Positions 18,362 through 28,375 are shown, counted from the first letter of the stretch. The stretch is 64,000 nucleotides of DNA from Myxococcota bacterium (GCA_036229005.1 JAZAMN010000071.1:128001-192000); one strand, 5' to 3'. A program made the numbers and translations. Notes: generated from the letters alone by a model not told the origin.

Positions 18362-21300
18362 CAGTCCCCCCGGGCGATCGCCTCCACCACCGCGGTCAGG
18401 CGCTTGCCGTCCTCGCGGCCCAGGTTGGCGGCGAGGGTGCGGGCCAGGGCGCGGGAGACGCGGGCGTGGCGCTTGAGGCGGGCGGGGTCCGACGCGAAGC
18501 GGGCCAGCAGCGTGTGGGCCTTGAGGGCGTAGAAGCGGAAGCCGCAGGTCTCGGCCAGCTCCAGGGCGGCTTGGGCGCGCACGCGGGCCTCTTCCTGGAG
18601 TCCGGCGGCGCCCAGAGCCCACGCGGAGATCAGGTCCAGGCGCACACGCTGGTGCGGCCAGGGCCGGTCGGCGTTCTCGTTGGCGGCGTCGATCAGGGCG
18701 CGGACCTGCTCGGGGTCCCCTCCCCGCTCAGCCAGCAGGCGCCCGCGCCAGGCGGCGACCAGCGGCGCGAAGCCCTCCAGATCGTAGCGGCCCAGGAGCT
18801 GCTCGACGCGGTCCAGCTCGCGCTCCATCTCCTCCAGCCGGTGCTCGCGCAGGGCCACCCGGATCAGGGTGATGCGCACCGCCAGCTCGTCGTCGTGGCG
18901 CAGCATGCGCTCGGAGAGCTTGAGGGCCTCCGCGGCCGACTCCCGGGCGTCGCCCAGGCGCTCCAGGTCCACCAGCACCAGCGCCCGGTACTGCAGGCCC
19001 ATCGCCACGCCGTTCTGGTAGCGGGTCTCCCGCGCCTGCGTGATGCTGCGGTCGGCCAGCTGCAGCGCCCGGCGCAGGTTGCCCGTGCAGTGGCAGAGCT
19101 CGACCAGGTTCACCCGCGCCACCAGCAGCGGCCCCAGCTTGCCCAGCTTGTCGAAGGTCTCGACGGACTGCTCCAGGTACTTGCGGGCGTCCACCGCCTG
19201 GCCCTTGCACAGCGCCACCAGCCCAAGGCCCGTGTAGCCCTTGGCCAGCGCCGAGTCGTCGCGCACGGCCCCCGCCGCGGTCAGCGCCTCCAGCCACATC
19301 TGCCGGGCGCCATCCAGATCGCCCTTGTTCCAGCGCACCGACGCGATGCCGTTCAGCGGCCGCACCTGCAGGCTGGTGTCGCCCAGGCGCCGAGCGGTCG
19401 ACAAGGCCTCGGTGTAGCGGGCCTCGGCGGTGTCCAGGTCCACGTCGCGGCGGGCGTCGGCCCCGAGCGCGGACAGGGTGCGGGTGCGCAGGCGCTCGTC
19501 CCCGATGGCCCGGGCCAGCTCGTCGGCCTTGTGGTGATCGGCGTCGGCCTGGGCGCTGTGCCCCAGGTGCTCCTTGGCCAGCCCGCGCCACAGCAGCAGC
19601 GTGGCCAGCGCGCGGTCCGCGTCCTCCAGGGTCATGTACTCGCGGGCGTCCCGCTCCACCGCCAGCGCCCGGTCGTAGTAGCGCTCGGCCTCCTCCACGA
19701 AGGAGCGCTCCTGCAGCCGCCGCCCCGCGCGGATCAGGTAGGGGTAGGCCTTGGCCGGCACCTCCCCCTGCTCGAAGTGCCACGCGATGGCCTCCACCAC
19801 CGAGCTGATCCGGTGGCGATACAGGCGCTCCAATGAAGCCCCCAGGCGCCGATGCAGCGCGCGCGCCCGAGGCGCCGGCATCTGCTCCATCAGGATGTCC
19901 CGCAGGCGCAGCCGGGCCAGCTCGTAGAGCTCCTCCATGCCGCCGTGGCGAGCCTTGACCAGACCGGCGTCCAGCAGCTCCTCGAGCTGGAGGATGAGGT
20001 CGCTCTCGTTTGTGTGGAGCGCCTCGAGCAGAACGTCCAGGGTCAGCTCCTGCCGCGTCAACGCGAGGACCTGGGCGACGGCGAGGGCACCCTCAGACAG
20101 GGCATCCAGGCGCTCGCGCAGGGCCTCCCGGATGCTGGAGGGGATGGGCAGCCGCGCCCGGGACACCAGGGCGGTGTCCAGCTCCAGCTCGAAGCCCTCC
20201 TCGCCGGGCGTCAGGATGCCCTGGTCCACCAGCCCGCGGATCATCTCGGCGATGAACATGGGGTTGCCCTCGCCCTCCCGGTGCAGGCGGTTGGCCAGCG
20301 TGCGGGAGCGGGCGTCGTCCGGGACGAGCTGCAGGAGCATCTCCTCGACCGCGGACACGCTGATGGGCTGCAGGGAGAGCAGGCGAGGGGCCACGCCGGA
20401 GGCCGTGTCCTCGAAGAGGCCGGCCAGCACGTCGTCGTCGTCGAGCTGGGCGGGCTTGCGGCCCAGCACGAACAGGATGGGGTCCGAGGCCAGGTGCAGG
20501 TGGTTGCGGAGCAGGAACTCCAGCATGGTGATCGCGCCCGAGCGCGCCCGGTGCACCTCGTCCAGGACCACGACCAGGGGCAGGTGCTGGCGCAGCAGGT
20601 CGCGGGTGGCGGTGAGCACCTGGTAGCGCTCCAGGGAGCCCTGGGCCTCGCCGAAGGCGATGTCCAGAGGGGGCGGCAGGGTCTCGACGTTCAGCGCCTC
20701 GATGACCTCGTCGAAGCCACCGAACTCATGCTCGCCGCGACCGGCCCGACCGCTGGCGACGGTGAGCCCCAGAGTGGGGGCCTGCTTGACGACCTCCTTC
20801 AACAGGGCGGACTTGCCGAAGCCGGGGGGCCCCTCGACGATGACGGCGCCGCCGCGGCCCGCCTGGAGCTGGGAGAGGGCCTCGCGGAGCTGGGAGAGCT
20901 CGGAGTTTCGGCCCACCAGGCGCACCGGGAAGGACTTGATGTCCACCTGGGCGCGGCTGTGGTCGTTGAGCACGGAGAGCAGGTGGCGCGCGGAGCCGTA
21001 GCGCTTGGCGGGGTCCTTCTCCAGCAGGCGGCGGCAGATGGCGTCCAGGTGCACGGGCACGGTGGGCGAGACCTCGCGCGGGGGGCGCGGCGCCTGGTGC
21101 AGGTGCTTGTCCAGCAGGCTGGCGATGGCGTTGGCCTGGAAGGGGCGCCGGCCGGTCAGCATGTAGTAGAGCACCGCGCCCAGCGAGTACAGATCCGCCC
21201 GCGGGTCCACGCGGCCGCCGCTGATGTCGGCGCTGATCTGCTCCGGGGAGATCCAGGCCACGGTGCCCACCATCTCGCCGACGGTGGTGAGCTCCGCGCC

Positions 21301-21807
21301 GGGGGTGTGCACGACGCCAAAGTCCATGAGCACCGCGCGGCCCGAGGGCGTGACGCGGATGTTGCCGGGGGTGATGTCCCGGTGCACCAGCCCCTGCTCG
21401 TGCACGGCGGCCAGCGCCTCGGTGACCTGGGCCAGCAGCGACTGAACCTTCTCGAAGCGCTCGGCGCTGGGCAGCCCCTCCCAGGCCTCGACCTCGGCCT
21501 TGAGGTCGCGCCCCTCCAGGCACTCCATGGAGAACCACATGCGCCCGTTGTGCTCGCCGGACTCGTGCACCTGGAGGATGCCGGGGTGCTGCAGGGCCTT
21601 GAGGGTCTGGAACTCCGCCTGGAAGCGCGCCCGCAGCTCGGGGCCGGCCATGCCGCCGTGCAGCAGCTTGAGGGCCTGCTCGCTGCCATCCCGGTCATCG
21701 CGCACGCGCAGCACGGTGGCCATGCCCCCCCGCCCCAGGGTCCCCAGGACCTGGTAGGGACCGATTCGAGACCCCGGCTGGGTTTCGGGCTCGGGGGGTG
21801 GTGTCAT
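18361..21807 (-). CDS. Ser/Thr kinase - STAND NTPase - TPR protein
   Basis: GRGGMATV, HRDITPGN, DFG, SPEQ; canonical Walker A GPPGFGKS; VVVLDE Walker B; EGNPMF; TPR-like C-terminus. Confidence 0.94.
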   Translation of the reverse strand: MTPPPEPETQPGSRIGPYQVLGTLGRGGMATVLRVRDDRDGSEQALKLLHGGMAGPELRARFQAEFQTLKALQHPGILQVHESGEHNGRMWFSMECLEGRDLKAEVEAWEGLPSAERFEKVQSLLAQVTEALAAVHEQGLVHRDITPGNIRVTPSGRAVLMDFGVVHTPGAELTTVGEMVGTVAWISPEQISADISGGRVDPRADLYSLGAVLYYMLTGRRPFQANAIASLLDKHLHQAPRPPREVSPTVPVHLDAICRRLLEKDPAKRYGSARHLLSVLNDHSRAQVDIKSFPVRLVGRNSELSQLREALSQLQAGRGGAVIVEGPPGFGKSALLKEVVKQAPTLGLTVASGRAGRGEHEFGGFDEVIEALNVETLPPPLDIAFGEAQGSLERYQVLTATRDLLRQHLPLVVVLDEVHRARSGAITMLEFLLRNHLHLASDPILFVLGRKPAQLDDDDVLAGLFEDTASGVAPRLLSLQPISVSAVEEMLLQLVPDDARSRTLANRLHREGEGNPMFIAEMIRGLVDQGILTPGEEGFELELDTALVSRARLPIPSSIREALRERLDALSEGALAVAQVLALTRQELTLDVLLEALHTNESDLILQLEELLDAGLVKARHGGMEELYELARLRLRDILMEQMPAPRARALHRRLGASLERLYRHRISSVVEAIAWHFEQGEVPAKAYPYLIRAGRRLQERSFVEEAERYYDRALAVERDAREYMTLEDADRALATLLLWRGLAKEHLGHSAQADADHHKADELARAIGDERLRTRTLSALGADARRDVDLDTAEARYTEALSTARRLGDTSLQVRPLNGIASVRWNKGDLDGARQMWLEALTAAGAVRDDSALAKGYTGLGLVALCKGQAVDARKYLEQSVETFDKLGKLGPLLVARVNLVELCHCTGNLRRALQLADRSITQARETRYQNGVAMGLQYRALVLVDLERLGDARESAAEALKLSERMLRHDDELAVRITLIRVALREHRLEEMERELDRVEQLLGRYDLEGFAPLVAAWRGRLLAERGGDPEQVRALIDAANENADRPWPHQRVRLDLISAWALGAAGLQEEARVRAQAALELAETCGFRFYALKAHTLLARFASDPARLKRHARVSRALARTLAANLGREDGKRLTAVVEAIARGD

Positions 21808-21910
21808 GAGAGTAAAAGCCTTGATCAGTGCCGGCTGGACACGCGGCGGGCTACAGAGGGAGTCTAGCCCGCTGCTGGACTCGCGAACACCCCAGCGCCA
21901 AGGATCTCCC

Positions 21911-22675
21911 GTGCAAGTTGAAGCCTACGCCGCAACGGACACCGGCCCGGTCAGGAAGAACAACGAAGACGCCTGGCTGATTGACGTCGACGCGGGGCTC
22001 TTTGTCGTGGCCGACGGCATGGGGGGACACGCCGCCGGCGAGGTCGCCTCCGAGATCGCCGTGGAGACCGTCGCCGAGGTCATGCTCGGCGGCCAGGACC
22101 CCGACGAGACGCGCCTCTCCACCGAGATGGAGGACCCCTCCGACGCCCTGCGCGAGCGCCTGCGCTACGCGATGAACCAGGCCAGCGTGAACATCCGCCG
22201 CCACGTCGAGGACCACCCCGCCACCTCTGGCATGGGCACCACCCTGGTGGTCGTCGTCCTGGACGAAGGTCAGGCCCACCTGGCGCACGTGGGCGACTCA
22301 CGCGCCTACCTCTTCCGCGACGAGCGCCTGATGCGCCTCACCCGCGACCACACCGTCGTGCAGCAGGAGGTCGATGCCGGCCGCCTCACCCCCGAGCTCG
22401 CCCGCATCGTCCCCCACAAGAACATCCTGACCCGCTCGGTGGGCTTCCACGGCTCCGTCGAGCCCGACATCAGCACCCGCAGCCTGCTCCCCGGCGACCT
22501 GCTGCTGCTCTGCTCCGACGGCCTCTCCGACCCGCTGGAGGACTCCGTGATCGAGTCCCTGTGCGTGAAGACCCACATCGAGGACCTGCCCCAGGTCCTG
22601 GTCGAGGAGGCCATCAAGGCCAAGGGCGAGGACAACATCACCGTCGTGGTCGCCCGCGTCTCCGATGGCCGCTGA
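21911..22675 (+). CDS. PP2C/Stp1-type Ser/Thr phosphatase
   Basis: RKNNED, VADGMGGH, MGTT, HVGDSR, CSDG and DNIT motifs; GTG 21911 start. Confidence 0.95.
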   Translation: MQVEAYAATDTGPVRKNNEDAWLIDVDAGLFVVADGMGGHAAGEVASEIAVETVAEVMLGGQDPDETRLSTEMEDPSDALRERLRYAMNQASVNIRRHVEDHPATSGMGTTLVVVVLDEGQAHLAHVGDSRAYLFRDERLMRLTRDHTVVQQEVDAGRLTPELARIVPHKNILTRSVGFHGSVEPDISTRSLLPGDLLLLCSDGLSDPLEDSVIESLCVKTHIEDLPQVLVEEAIKAKGEDNITVVVARVSDGR

Positions 22676-23108
22676 TGGCCCCAGCGGGGGGTCGAGTGGG
22701 GGCCCGACTGGAGGCCCGACTGGAGGCTCGATCGCCATCCGGCGCGCCCGCTGGATCCTCATCGTCGCCGCCGGGATCTGGGCCGCCGCCGCCGCCGCGA
22801 CGGTGCTCTGGATCAACCCCTCCCTGAGCGCCGCCGAGCTCGAGGCCGGCCCGCCCGTCTGGCTCACCTGGGCCGCCCCGCTCTTCGTGGGCCTGTACTC
22901 CGCCGCTGGCGCCTGGCGTCTGCGCCCCGGGGATCGCTCCGGGTGGGGACTGGCCGTCAGCGCCATGGCCCTCAACCTGCTCTCCTGCGTGTTCCCCGCC
23001 GCTGTCTACGGCGTGTACCTGCTCTTCCAGCCCGCCGTGAAGGCCACCCTGCTGGGCGGTCATTTTGCCGAGGGCCAGAGAGAGGGCCAGGGGAAGGAAG
23101 AGGCCTGA
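22665..23108 (+). CDS. Small membrane protein (about 3 TM)
   Basis: Hydrophobic segments; overlaps the end of the PP2C gene. Confidence 0.6.
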   Translation: MAADGPSGGSSGGPTGGPTGGSIAIRRARWILIVAAGIWAAAAAATVLWINPSLSAAELEAGPPVWLTWAAPLFVGLYSAAGAWRLRPGDRSGWGLAVSAMALNLLSCVFPAAVYGVYLLFQPAVKATLLGGHFAEGQREGQGKEEA

Positions 23109-23139
23109 GGGCCCCAAAAGCTCCAGGGCCCACCACCGC

Positions 23140-24144
23140 TCAGCGCCTGCGGCGCCAGAGCAACCCCAGCAGCAGGAACACCCCAAAACCCGCACCCGCC
23201 GGCGAGGAACTGCTGGCGCAGCCCAGACACCCACCGGGCTCGCTGTCGCTGCCGGTGTCGTCGGGGGAGGCCGTGTCCAGCAGCCCCGTCTCCGTGGCGG
23301 TGTCCGTGTCGGAGTCGGAGTCCGTGTCGGAGTCCGTGTCCGTGTCGGCGTCGCTGTCCGCGTCCGAGTCGGACTCCTCGTCGGGGATGTCGATGTGCTC
23401 GCGCAGGAAGCTCAGGGTGGTCTCGATGCGCACGGCGCCGGCTGCGGGCTTGCCCGAGTCGCAGTCCGGCGGGTAGGTCCCGTCCAGGTCGAACACAAAG
23501 GAGTTGACGCCCACCAGCTCCCAGGTGCCGTCGTCGCGTTTCCACATGGCCGCGCCGCCCGAGTCCCCCGAGCAGACGTTCTGGGACGCGCCGCCTGCGT
23601 AGGTGTACAGGAAGTCCCCGTCGAAGTGGTACAGGGGGATCTTGACCTTCCGGCGCACGCCGCTGCTGCCCGAGAGGTCCGAGTCCGTGAGCCCGTAGCC
23701 CACGTAGGTGATGTCCTCGCCCACCTGGCTGGACTTGGGCGCGTTGGTGCTCACGGGCAGGGTGCCGAAGCCCGTGATGGCCGTGTCCAGGTAGAGCACC
23801 GCGATGTCGTCGGTGGGGGTGCTGGTGCTGGAGTAGTCCGGGTGCACCACCGTCTTCTTGATGGTGGACGAGGCGTCCCAGGTGCCGCTCACGTCGTCGG
23901 CCACCACAAAGTGGATGGTGTAGCCGGCGCCTTCGTAGGCATCGATGCCCTGCAGCACGCAGTGCGCGGCCGTGACCACGCGCTGGTTGTCCACCAGGCT
24001 GCCGGAGCAGAAGGCGGCCCCCGCGCTGCCCTTGGTCGCGACAAGCGCACCCACCTGCCGGTAGGGCCACCCAGTGGCCTCGCTGCCACCCACGATGGGC
24101 GGAGGGGTCTGGGCTGCCGCGATGCCGGAGAGGAGGGCCAACAT
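23140..24144 (-). CDS. S1 (chymotrypsin-fold) serine protease with Asp-rich linker and MYXO-CTERM-like tail
   Basis: IVGG, TAAHC, DIA and GDSGG motifs; (D-S/A/T)n linker; GC...LLLGLLWRRRR tail. Confidence 0.93.
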   Translation of the reverse strand: MLALLSGIAAAQTPPPIVGGSEATGWPYRQVGALVATKGSAGAAFCSGSLVDNQRVVTAAHCVLQGIDAYEGAGYTIHFVVADDVSGTWDASSTIKKTVVHPDYSSTSTPTDDIAVLYLDTAITGFGTLPVSTNAPKSSQVGEDITYVGYGLTDSDLSGSSGVRRKVKIPLYHFDGDFLYTYAGGASQNVCSGDSGGAAMWKRDDGTWELVGVNSFVFDLDGTYPPDCDSGKPAAGAVRIETTLSFLREHIDIPDEESDSDADSDADTDTDSDTDSDSDTDTATETGLLDTASPDDTGSDSEPGGCLGCASSSSPAGAGFGVFLLLGLLWRRRR

Positions 24145-24152
24145 GTGCGCGC

Positions 24153-25187
24153 CTACTCCCGCCGCCTGCCCACACCCACCAGACCCACGAGGGCCAGCAG
24201 GCTCAGGAGCACGCCAGGGGTGGTGGGCACGCTGCTGCAGGAGCCCAGGACCAGGCCGCCATCTTCCGAGGAGAAGGCCGGGCGGGGCGGGCCCGCGGTG
24301 TCCCCGGTGTCGCCGCCAGTGATGTCGGTGTCGGCGTCGGAGTCGGTGTCGGAGTCAGCGTCGGTGTCGGAGTCGCTGTCCGCGTCGGAGTCGGTGTCCG
24401 AGTCGGAGTCGGCGTCCGTGTCGGCGTCCAGGTCGCCAGCGGGGATGTACGTGTTGATGAAGTCCATCTGGCTGTCCACGCGGGAAGAGCCAGCGGCCGC
24501 CCCGCGGCGGTCACAATCGGCCTCTCCGCCGTAGAGGTTGAAGCCAAAGGAGTTGGCGCCCACCAGCTTCTGCACGCCGCCCAGGGTCATCAGGGCCGCG
24601 CCGCCGGAGTCGCCCGAGCAGATGTTCTGGATGGTGCCCGAGTCGCCGCTGTAGGTGTAGATCACCGTGGAGTCGTAGCTGTAGTAGGGCACGTCGACGG
24701 TGCGCTTGACGCCGCCGTCGTTGCGGTCGTCCGAGGTGATCCCGAAGCCCACGTAGGTCACGTCCTTGCCGGACCAGCTACTCTTGGGCGAGGTCGTGTT
24801 CACCGGCATGGGGGTGATGCTGGTGATGCTGGTGCGCAGCTCCATCACCCCCAGGTCGTGCTGCAGCGTGTTGGTGTTGTAGCTGGGGTGCTCGATGGCC
24901 CGCTTGACCTCGGCGTAGTCCAGCCAGGTGCTCTGGGTGTACACGTCCGACGCGAACACAAAGTAGACGTCGTAGCCGTAGTCCCAGTACTCATCGACCG
25001 CCTCGATGCAGTGCGCGGCGGTGATGACCCAGCGCTGGGTGACCAGGGTGCCGGAGCAGAAGCTGCCCCCGCTCCCGTTGGACGCGATGGCCACGATGGA
25101 CCCCACGGCCGGGAACTTGGAGGTGGTGCTCCCGTTGACGATGGGGGGCGGCGTCTGCGCCAGGGCCAGGGTGCTGAGCAAGAGCAT
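24153..25187 (-). CDS. S1 serine protease with Asp-rich linker and MYXO-CTERM-like tail
   Basis: IVNG, TAAHC, HDLG and GDSGG motifs; Asp-rich repeat; GSC...TM-RRR tail. Confidence 0.93.
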   Translation of the reverse strand: MLLLSTLALAQTPPPIVNGSTTSKFPAVGSIVAIASNGSGGSFCSGTLVTQRWVITAAHCIEAVDEYWDYGYDVYFVFASDVYTQSTWLDYAEVKRAIEHPSYNTNTLQHDLGVMELRTSITSITPMPVNTTSPKSSWSGKDVTYVGFGITSDDRNDGGVKRTVDVPYYSYDSTVIYTYSGDSGTIQNICSGDSGGAALMTLGGVQKLVGANSFGFNLYGGEADCDRRGAAAGSSRVDSQMDFINTYIPAGDLDADTDADSDSDTDSDADSDSDTDADSDTDSDADTDITGGDTGDTAGPPRPAFSSEDGGLVLGSCSSVPTTPGVLLSLLALVGLVGVGRRRE

Positions 25188-25250
25188 GCGGGGGGTCTCC
25201 AAAGCCTTCCAAGTTTAGGCCGACCCGAGCCGGACGGCCACCACCGGCGA

Positions 25251-26273
25251 CTAACCCTGCCCCTTTCGGCGCACGAACATCAGCCCGGCCGCCAGCAGCA
25301 GGCCCATCCACCCCATCGGCGCGCCGCCGGTGCTGCTGCAGCCCCCGGACGCGTTCAGCTCGTTGGCCCCAAAGGAAGACGTGGAGCGGTCATCCGGCGC
25401 TCCAGTGTCGCCGCCGCCGATGTCCGTGTTGGTGTCGGTGTCCGCGTCGCTGTCGGTGTCCGCGTCGCTGTCGGTGTCCGAGTCGGCGTCCGTGTCGGTG
25501 TCCGAGTCGCCTTCGCTCAAGTCCACGTACTCGGCGATCCAGTCCACGTGGGTGTCCACGCGGGTGGCGGCGCCGTAGCCCATGCAGGCATCCGAGCTGG
25601 CCCCGTCGCCGTAGACAAAGGAGTTCACGCCGGCCAGCACCAGCTCACCGTCCACCTCGACCAGCGCGGCGCCGCCGGAGTCCCCCGAGCACACGTTCTT
25701 CGGGTCGGAGGTGTCGCCGTGGTAGGTGTACAGGAAGCGGTTGTCGATGCTGTAGAGGGGCACATCCACCGTGCGCCGCACCCCGCTGTCGCTGGCGCCC
25801 GAGCCGCCGTAGCCGCTGGTCACGCCGTAGCCCACGTAGGTCACGTCCTTGCTGCCCACCCAGGAGCCCCGGGGCGTGGTCTCGTTGATCGGGTAGGTGC
25901 CCGCCGACGCCAGCGAGCCCTGGAGCTGCATCAGGCCGATGTCGTGGTCCAGGGTGCGGTCGTCGTAGTCCGGGTGCGGGATCAACCGGCTGGCCTGGGT
26001 GTAGTCGTCCAGGGAGTACCAGTCGTCCCCGATCACAAAGTAGGTGCTCAGGCCGTAGTAGTCCTCGTACTGCTCCGCGGCGACCAGGCAGTGGGCCGCG
26101 GTCAGCACCCAGGTGTCCGTGATCAGCGTGCCCGAGCAGAAGTCGAAGGTCGTGTTCCCGCCGTCGCTGACGGCCAGCATCCCCACGGCCGTGTAGTCCG
26201 AGGTCTCCTCACCACCAACGATCGGCGGCGGGGTCTGCGCAGGGGACAGGGACGTGAGCAGGGACAGCAGCAT
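25251..26273 (-). CDS. S1 serine protease with Asp-rich linker and MYXO-CTERM-like tail
   Basis: IVGG, TAAHC, HDIG and GDSGG motifs; GGCSSTGG...LLLAAGLMFVRRK tail. Confidence 0.93.
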   Translation of the reverse strand: MLLSLLTSLSPAQTPPPIVGGEETSDYTAVGMLAVSDGGNTTFDFCSGTLITDTWVLTAAHCLVAAEQYEDYYGLSTYFVIGDDWYSLDDYTQASRLIPHPDYDDRTLDHDIGLMQLQGSLASAGTYPINETTPRGSWVGSKDVTYVGYGVTSGYGGSGASDSGVRRTVDVPLYSIDNRFLYTYHGDTSDPKNVCSGDSGGAALVEVDGELVLAGVNSFVYGDGASSDACMGYGAATRVDTHVDWIAEYVDLSEGDSDTDTDADSDTDSDADTDSDADTDTNTDIGGGDTGAPDDRSTSSFGANELNASGGCSSTGGAPMGWMGLLLAAGLMFVRRKGQG

Positions 26274-26378
26274 GTGGGGACCTCCGGGGACACACACCGT
26301 AGACCCCAGCGCCCGCCCCCGCGTGCAAAGGCCACGTCAGTTCAGCCCCCCGCAACGGGCCGCAGCCCATTGTCGGCC

Positions 26379-27242
26379 TCAACCCAGGAAGCTGCCCGCA
26401 AGCACCCCGCCGATGAAGATCAGCGAGATGGTCGAGTTGAGCTGGAAGAAGGCCTGGTCCATGCGCGAGAGGTCGTCCGGACGCACCAGCAGGTGCTCCC
26501 ACACCAGGATGGCGCCGATGATCCCCGCCGCGATCCAGTAGGGCCAGCCCAGCCCCGCCACGAAGGGCAGCACCGCCAGCAGCGCAGCGGTCCCCACGTG
26601 CAGCAGCGCGGACACGATCATGGCGCCCTTGAGGCCCAGAGCGGCCGGGATGGAGTTCAGCCCCTTCTCCCGGTCGAAGTCCGCGTCCTGGCAGGCATAC
26701 AGAATGTCGAAGCCGCCCACCCAGGTCAGCACGATGCCCGAGAGCACCAGCGCCGTCGCGCTCACGGTGTCGGTGATGGCGATCCAGGCGGACACCGGCG
26801 CCAGGCCCAGAGCCAGCCCCAGGAAGAGGTGGCAGAGCGCCGTGAAGCGCTTGGTCAGCGAGTAGCCCATGACCACCGCCAGCACGAAGGGCGAGAGGAT
26901 CAGGCACAGCGTCGACAGCCCCCAGCTCGCCAGCACGAAGATCGCCGCCGAGCCCAGCGTGAAGCCCCAGGCCTGCCCCAGGGGGATCTTGCCGCTGGGG
27001 ATCTCCCGGCTGGCCGTGCGGGGGTTGGCCCCGTCGATGTCCCGGTCCGCGATGCGGTTGAAGCCCATCGCCGCGCTGCGGGCCGTCACCATGCACACCA
27101 GGATCAGCCCCAGGTCCACCCACGAGAAGGGCACGGACTGCCAGGCCATCGCCGCCGCCGCCAGGGCAAAGGGCAGCGCGAACAAGGTGTGGGAGAGCTT
27201 GATCATCCGCGAGTAGTCGACGGCGCTCTGGACCAGGCTCAT
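26379..27242 (-). CDS. mqnP: UbiA-family polyprenyltransferase of the futalosine pathway (MqnP-like)
   Basis: HTLFALPF, ARSAAMGFNRIADRDIDGANPRT and GFDILYACQD motifs. Confidence 0.88.
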   Translation of the reverse strand: MSLVQSAVDYSRMIKLSHTLFALPFALAAAAMAWQSVPFSWVDLGLILVCMVTARSAAMGFNRIADRDIDGANPRTASREIPSGKIPLGQAWGFTLGSAAIFVLASWGLSTLCLILSPFVLAVVMGYSLTKRFTALCHLFLGLALGLAPVSAWIAITDTVSATALVLSGIVLTWVGGFDILYACQDADFDREKGLNSIPAALGLKGAMIVSALLHVGTAALLAVLPFVAGLGWPYWIAAGIIGAILVWEHLLVRPDDLSRMDQAFFQLNSTISLIFIGGVLAGSFLG

Positions 27243-28375
27243 GGGGTCTCCTTGGGGGTCTCCACCCAGCGCCGCTCCCCGTGGGGATCCAGCCAGGCGT
27301 GGGGTCCGCTGCCCATCAGCAGCAGCACAGGGTGGGCGCTCCCGACCTCCAGGCGGGCGGGGGTGCCCAGGACCTCACCGGATCCTTGGGTGGCCGCCAG
27401 AAGCCAGGTCTCGAGCGGGACTTGGGGGAAGCGCTCCCAGAGCAGGCGCACCTCGTCGAGCACGTCCAGCGAGGGTGCGGAGGCCAGCGAGTCGGTCCCG
27501 AGAGCCAGGCGGACGCCAGCGGCCAGCATGTCCTCGACGGCGGGCAGGCGCCCCGAGATGTGCAGGTTGGAGCGCGGGCACAGGACGGTGGGCGACCCAG
27601 CTTGTGCCAGTCGGCGCAGGTCCTCCCCCTCCGTCAGTGTGCAGTGCACGGGGGCCACGCGGTCCAGGATGCCCAGGCGCTCCAGGTACTGCACGGGGGT
27701 GCACTCCGGCGGCACGAACTGGCTGCGGTCGCGGCCCAGGTGGTCGAGCACGTCGGCCCAGGGGCCGTCTCCGGTCATCAGGAACTGGCGCTCGGCGGGG
27801 TCTTCGTCCAGGTGCATGGTGGGCCAGCCGCCTCCGCAGAGGGCGGGGCTCTTCACGGCGGCGACCAGCAGCTCGGGGGCGCAGGAGTAGGGCGCGTGGG
27901 GGATCGCGCGCAGGGTGAAGCCGGAGGGAGAGGGGCCGTGGACCGCTGCGAGGCTCTCGTCCACACCGCCCGGGTGGATGCCCAGGACCTCATGGAAGAC
28001 CACCCCTTGCATCGGCGAGGTGCTCAGTGGGCCGTCGGAGATCCGGGAGTTGGTGACCTCGCCGACGGACGCGGTGCCTCGCTGGTGGAGGGTGGTGAGG
28101 GCGGCCTCGATGGCCGCCACGGTCTGAGCGGTGGACCGGGATGCGCGCTGGGCCAAGGTCCCCCCAACCCAAGCGGGGAGCCCCTGACCGCCGGGCTGCT
28201 CCAGACCGGAGAGCTCCAGGTGCGTGTGGGCGTTGCAGAGCCCGGGAATGGCGAGGGCCTGGATGCAGGGGCCGGGGCCGGCCGGCTCGACGTGGGAGAG
28301 GGCGCCGCTGGCGTCAAAGCGCAGCTCGACCCGCTCGCGCAGGCCTTCAGGGAGAAGGGCCCAGGCGACGCGCAC
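27239..28375 (-). CDS. Amidohydrolase, probable aminodeoxyfutalosine deaminase
   Basis: NAHTHLELS, PHAPYS, CPRSN and LGTDSLAS motifs; located in the mqn operon. Confidence 0.8.
   Translation of the reverse strand: MRVAWALLPEGLRERVELRFDASGALSHVEPAGPGPCIQALAIPGLCNAHTHLELSGLEQPGGQGLPAWVGGTLAQRASRSTAQTVAAIEAALTTLHQRGTASVGEVTNSRISDGPLSTSPMQGVVFHEVLGIHPGGVDESLAAVHGPSPSGFTLRAIPHAPYSCAPELLVAAVKSPALCGGGWPTMHLDEDPAERQFLMTGDGPWADVLDHLGRDRSQFVPPECTPVQYLERLGILDRVAPVHCTLTEGEDLRRLAQAGSPTVLCPRSNLHISGRLPAVEDMLAAGVRLALGTDSLASAPSLDVLDEVRLLWERFPQVPLETWLLAATQGSGEVLGTPARLEVGSAHPVLLLMGSGPHAWLDPHGERRWVETPKETP

Noticed and set aside
22676..22730. 12-bp tandem GGCCCGACTGGA repeats (and PPAE repeats near 45715-45745)
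   Set aside because: In-frame low-complexity linkers within proteins.
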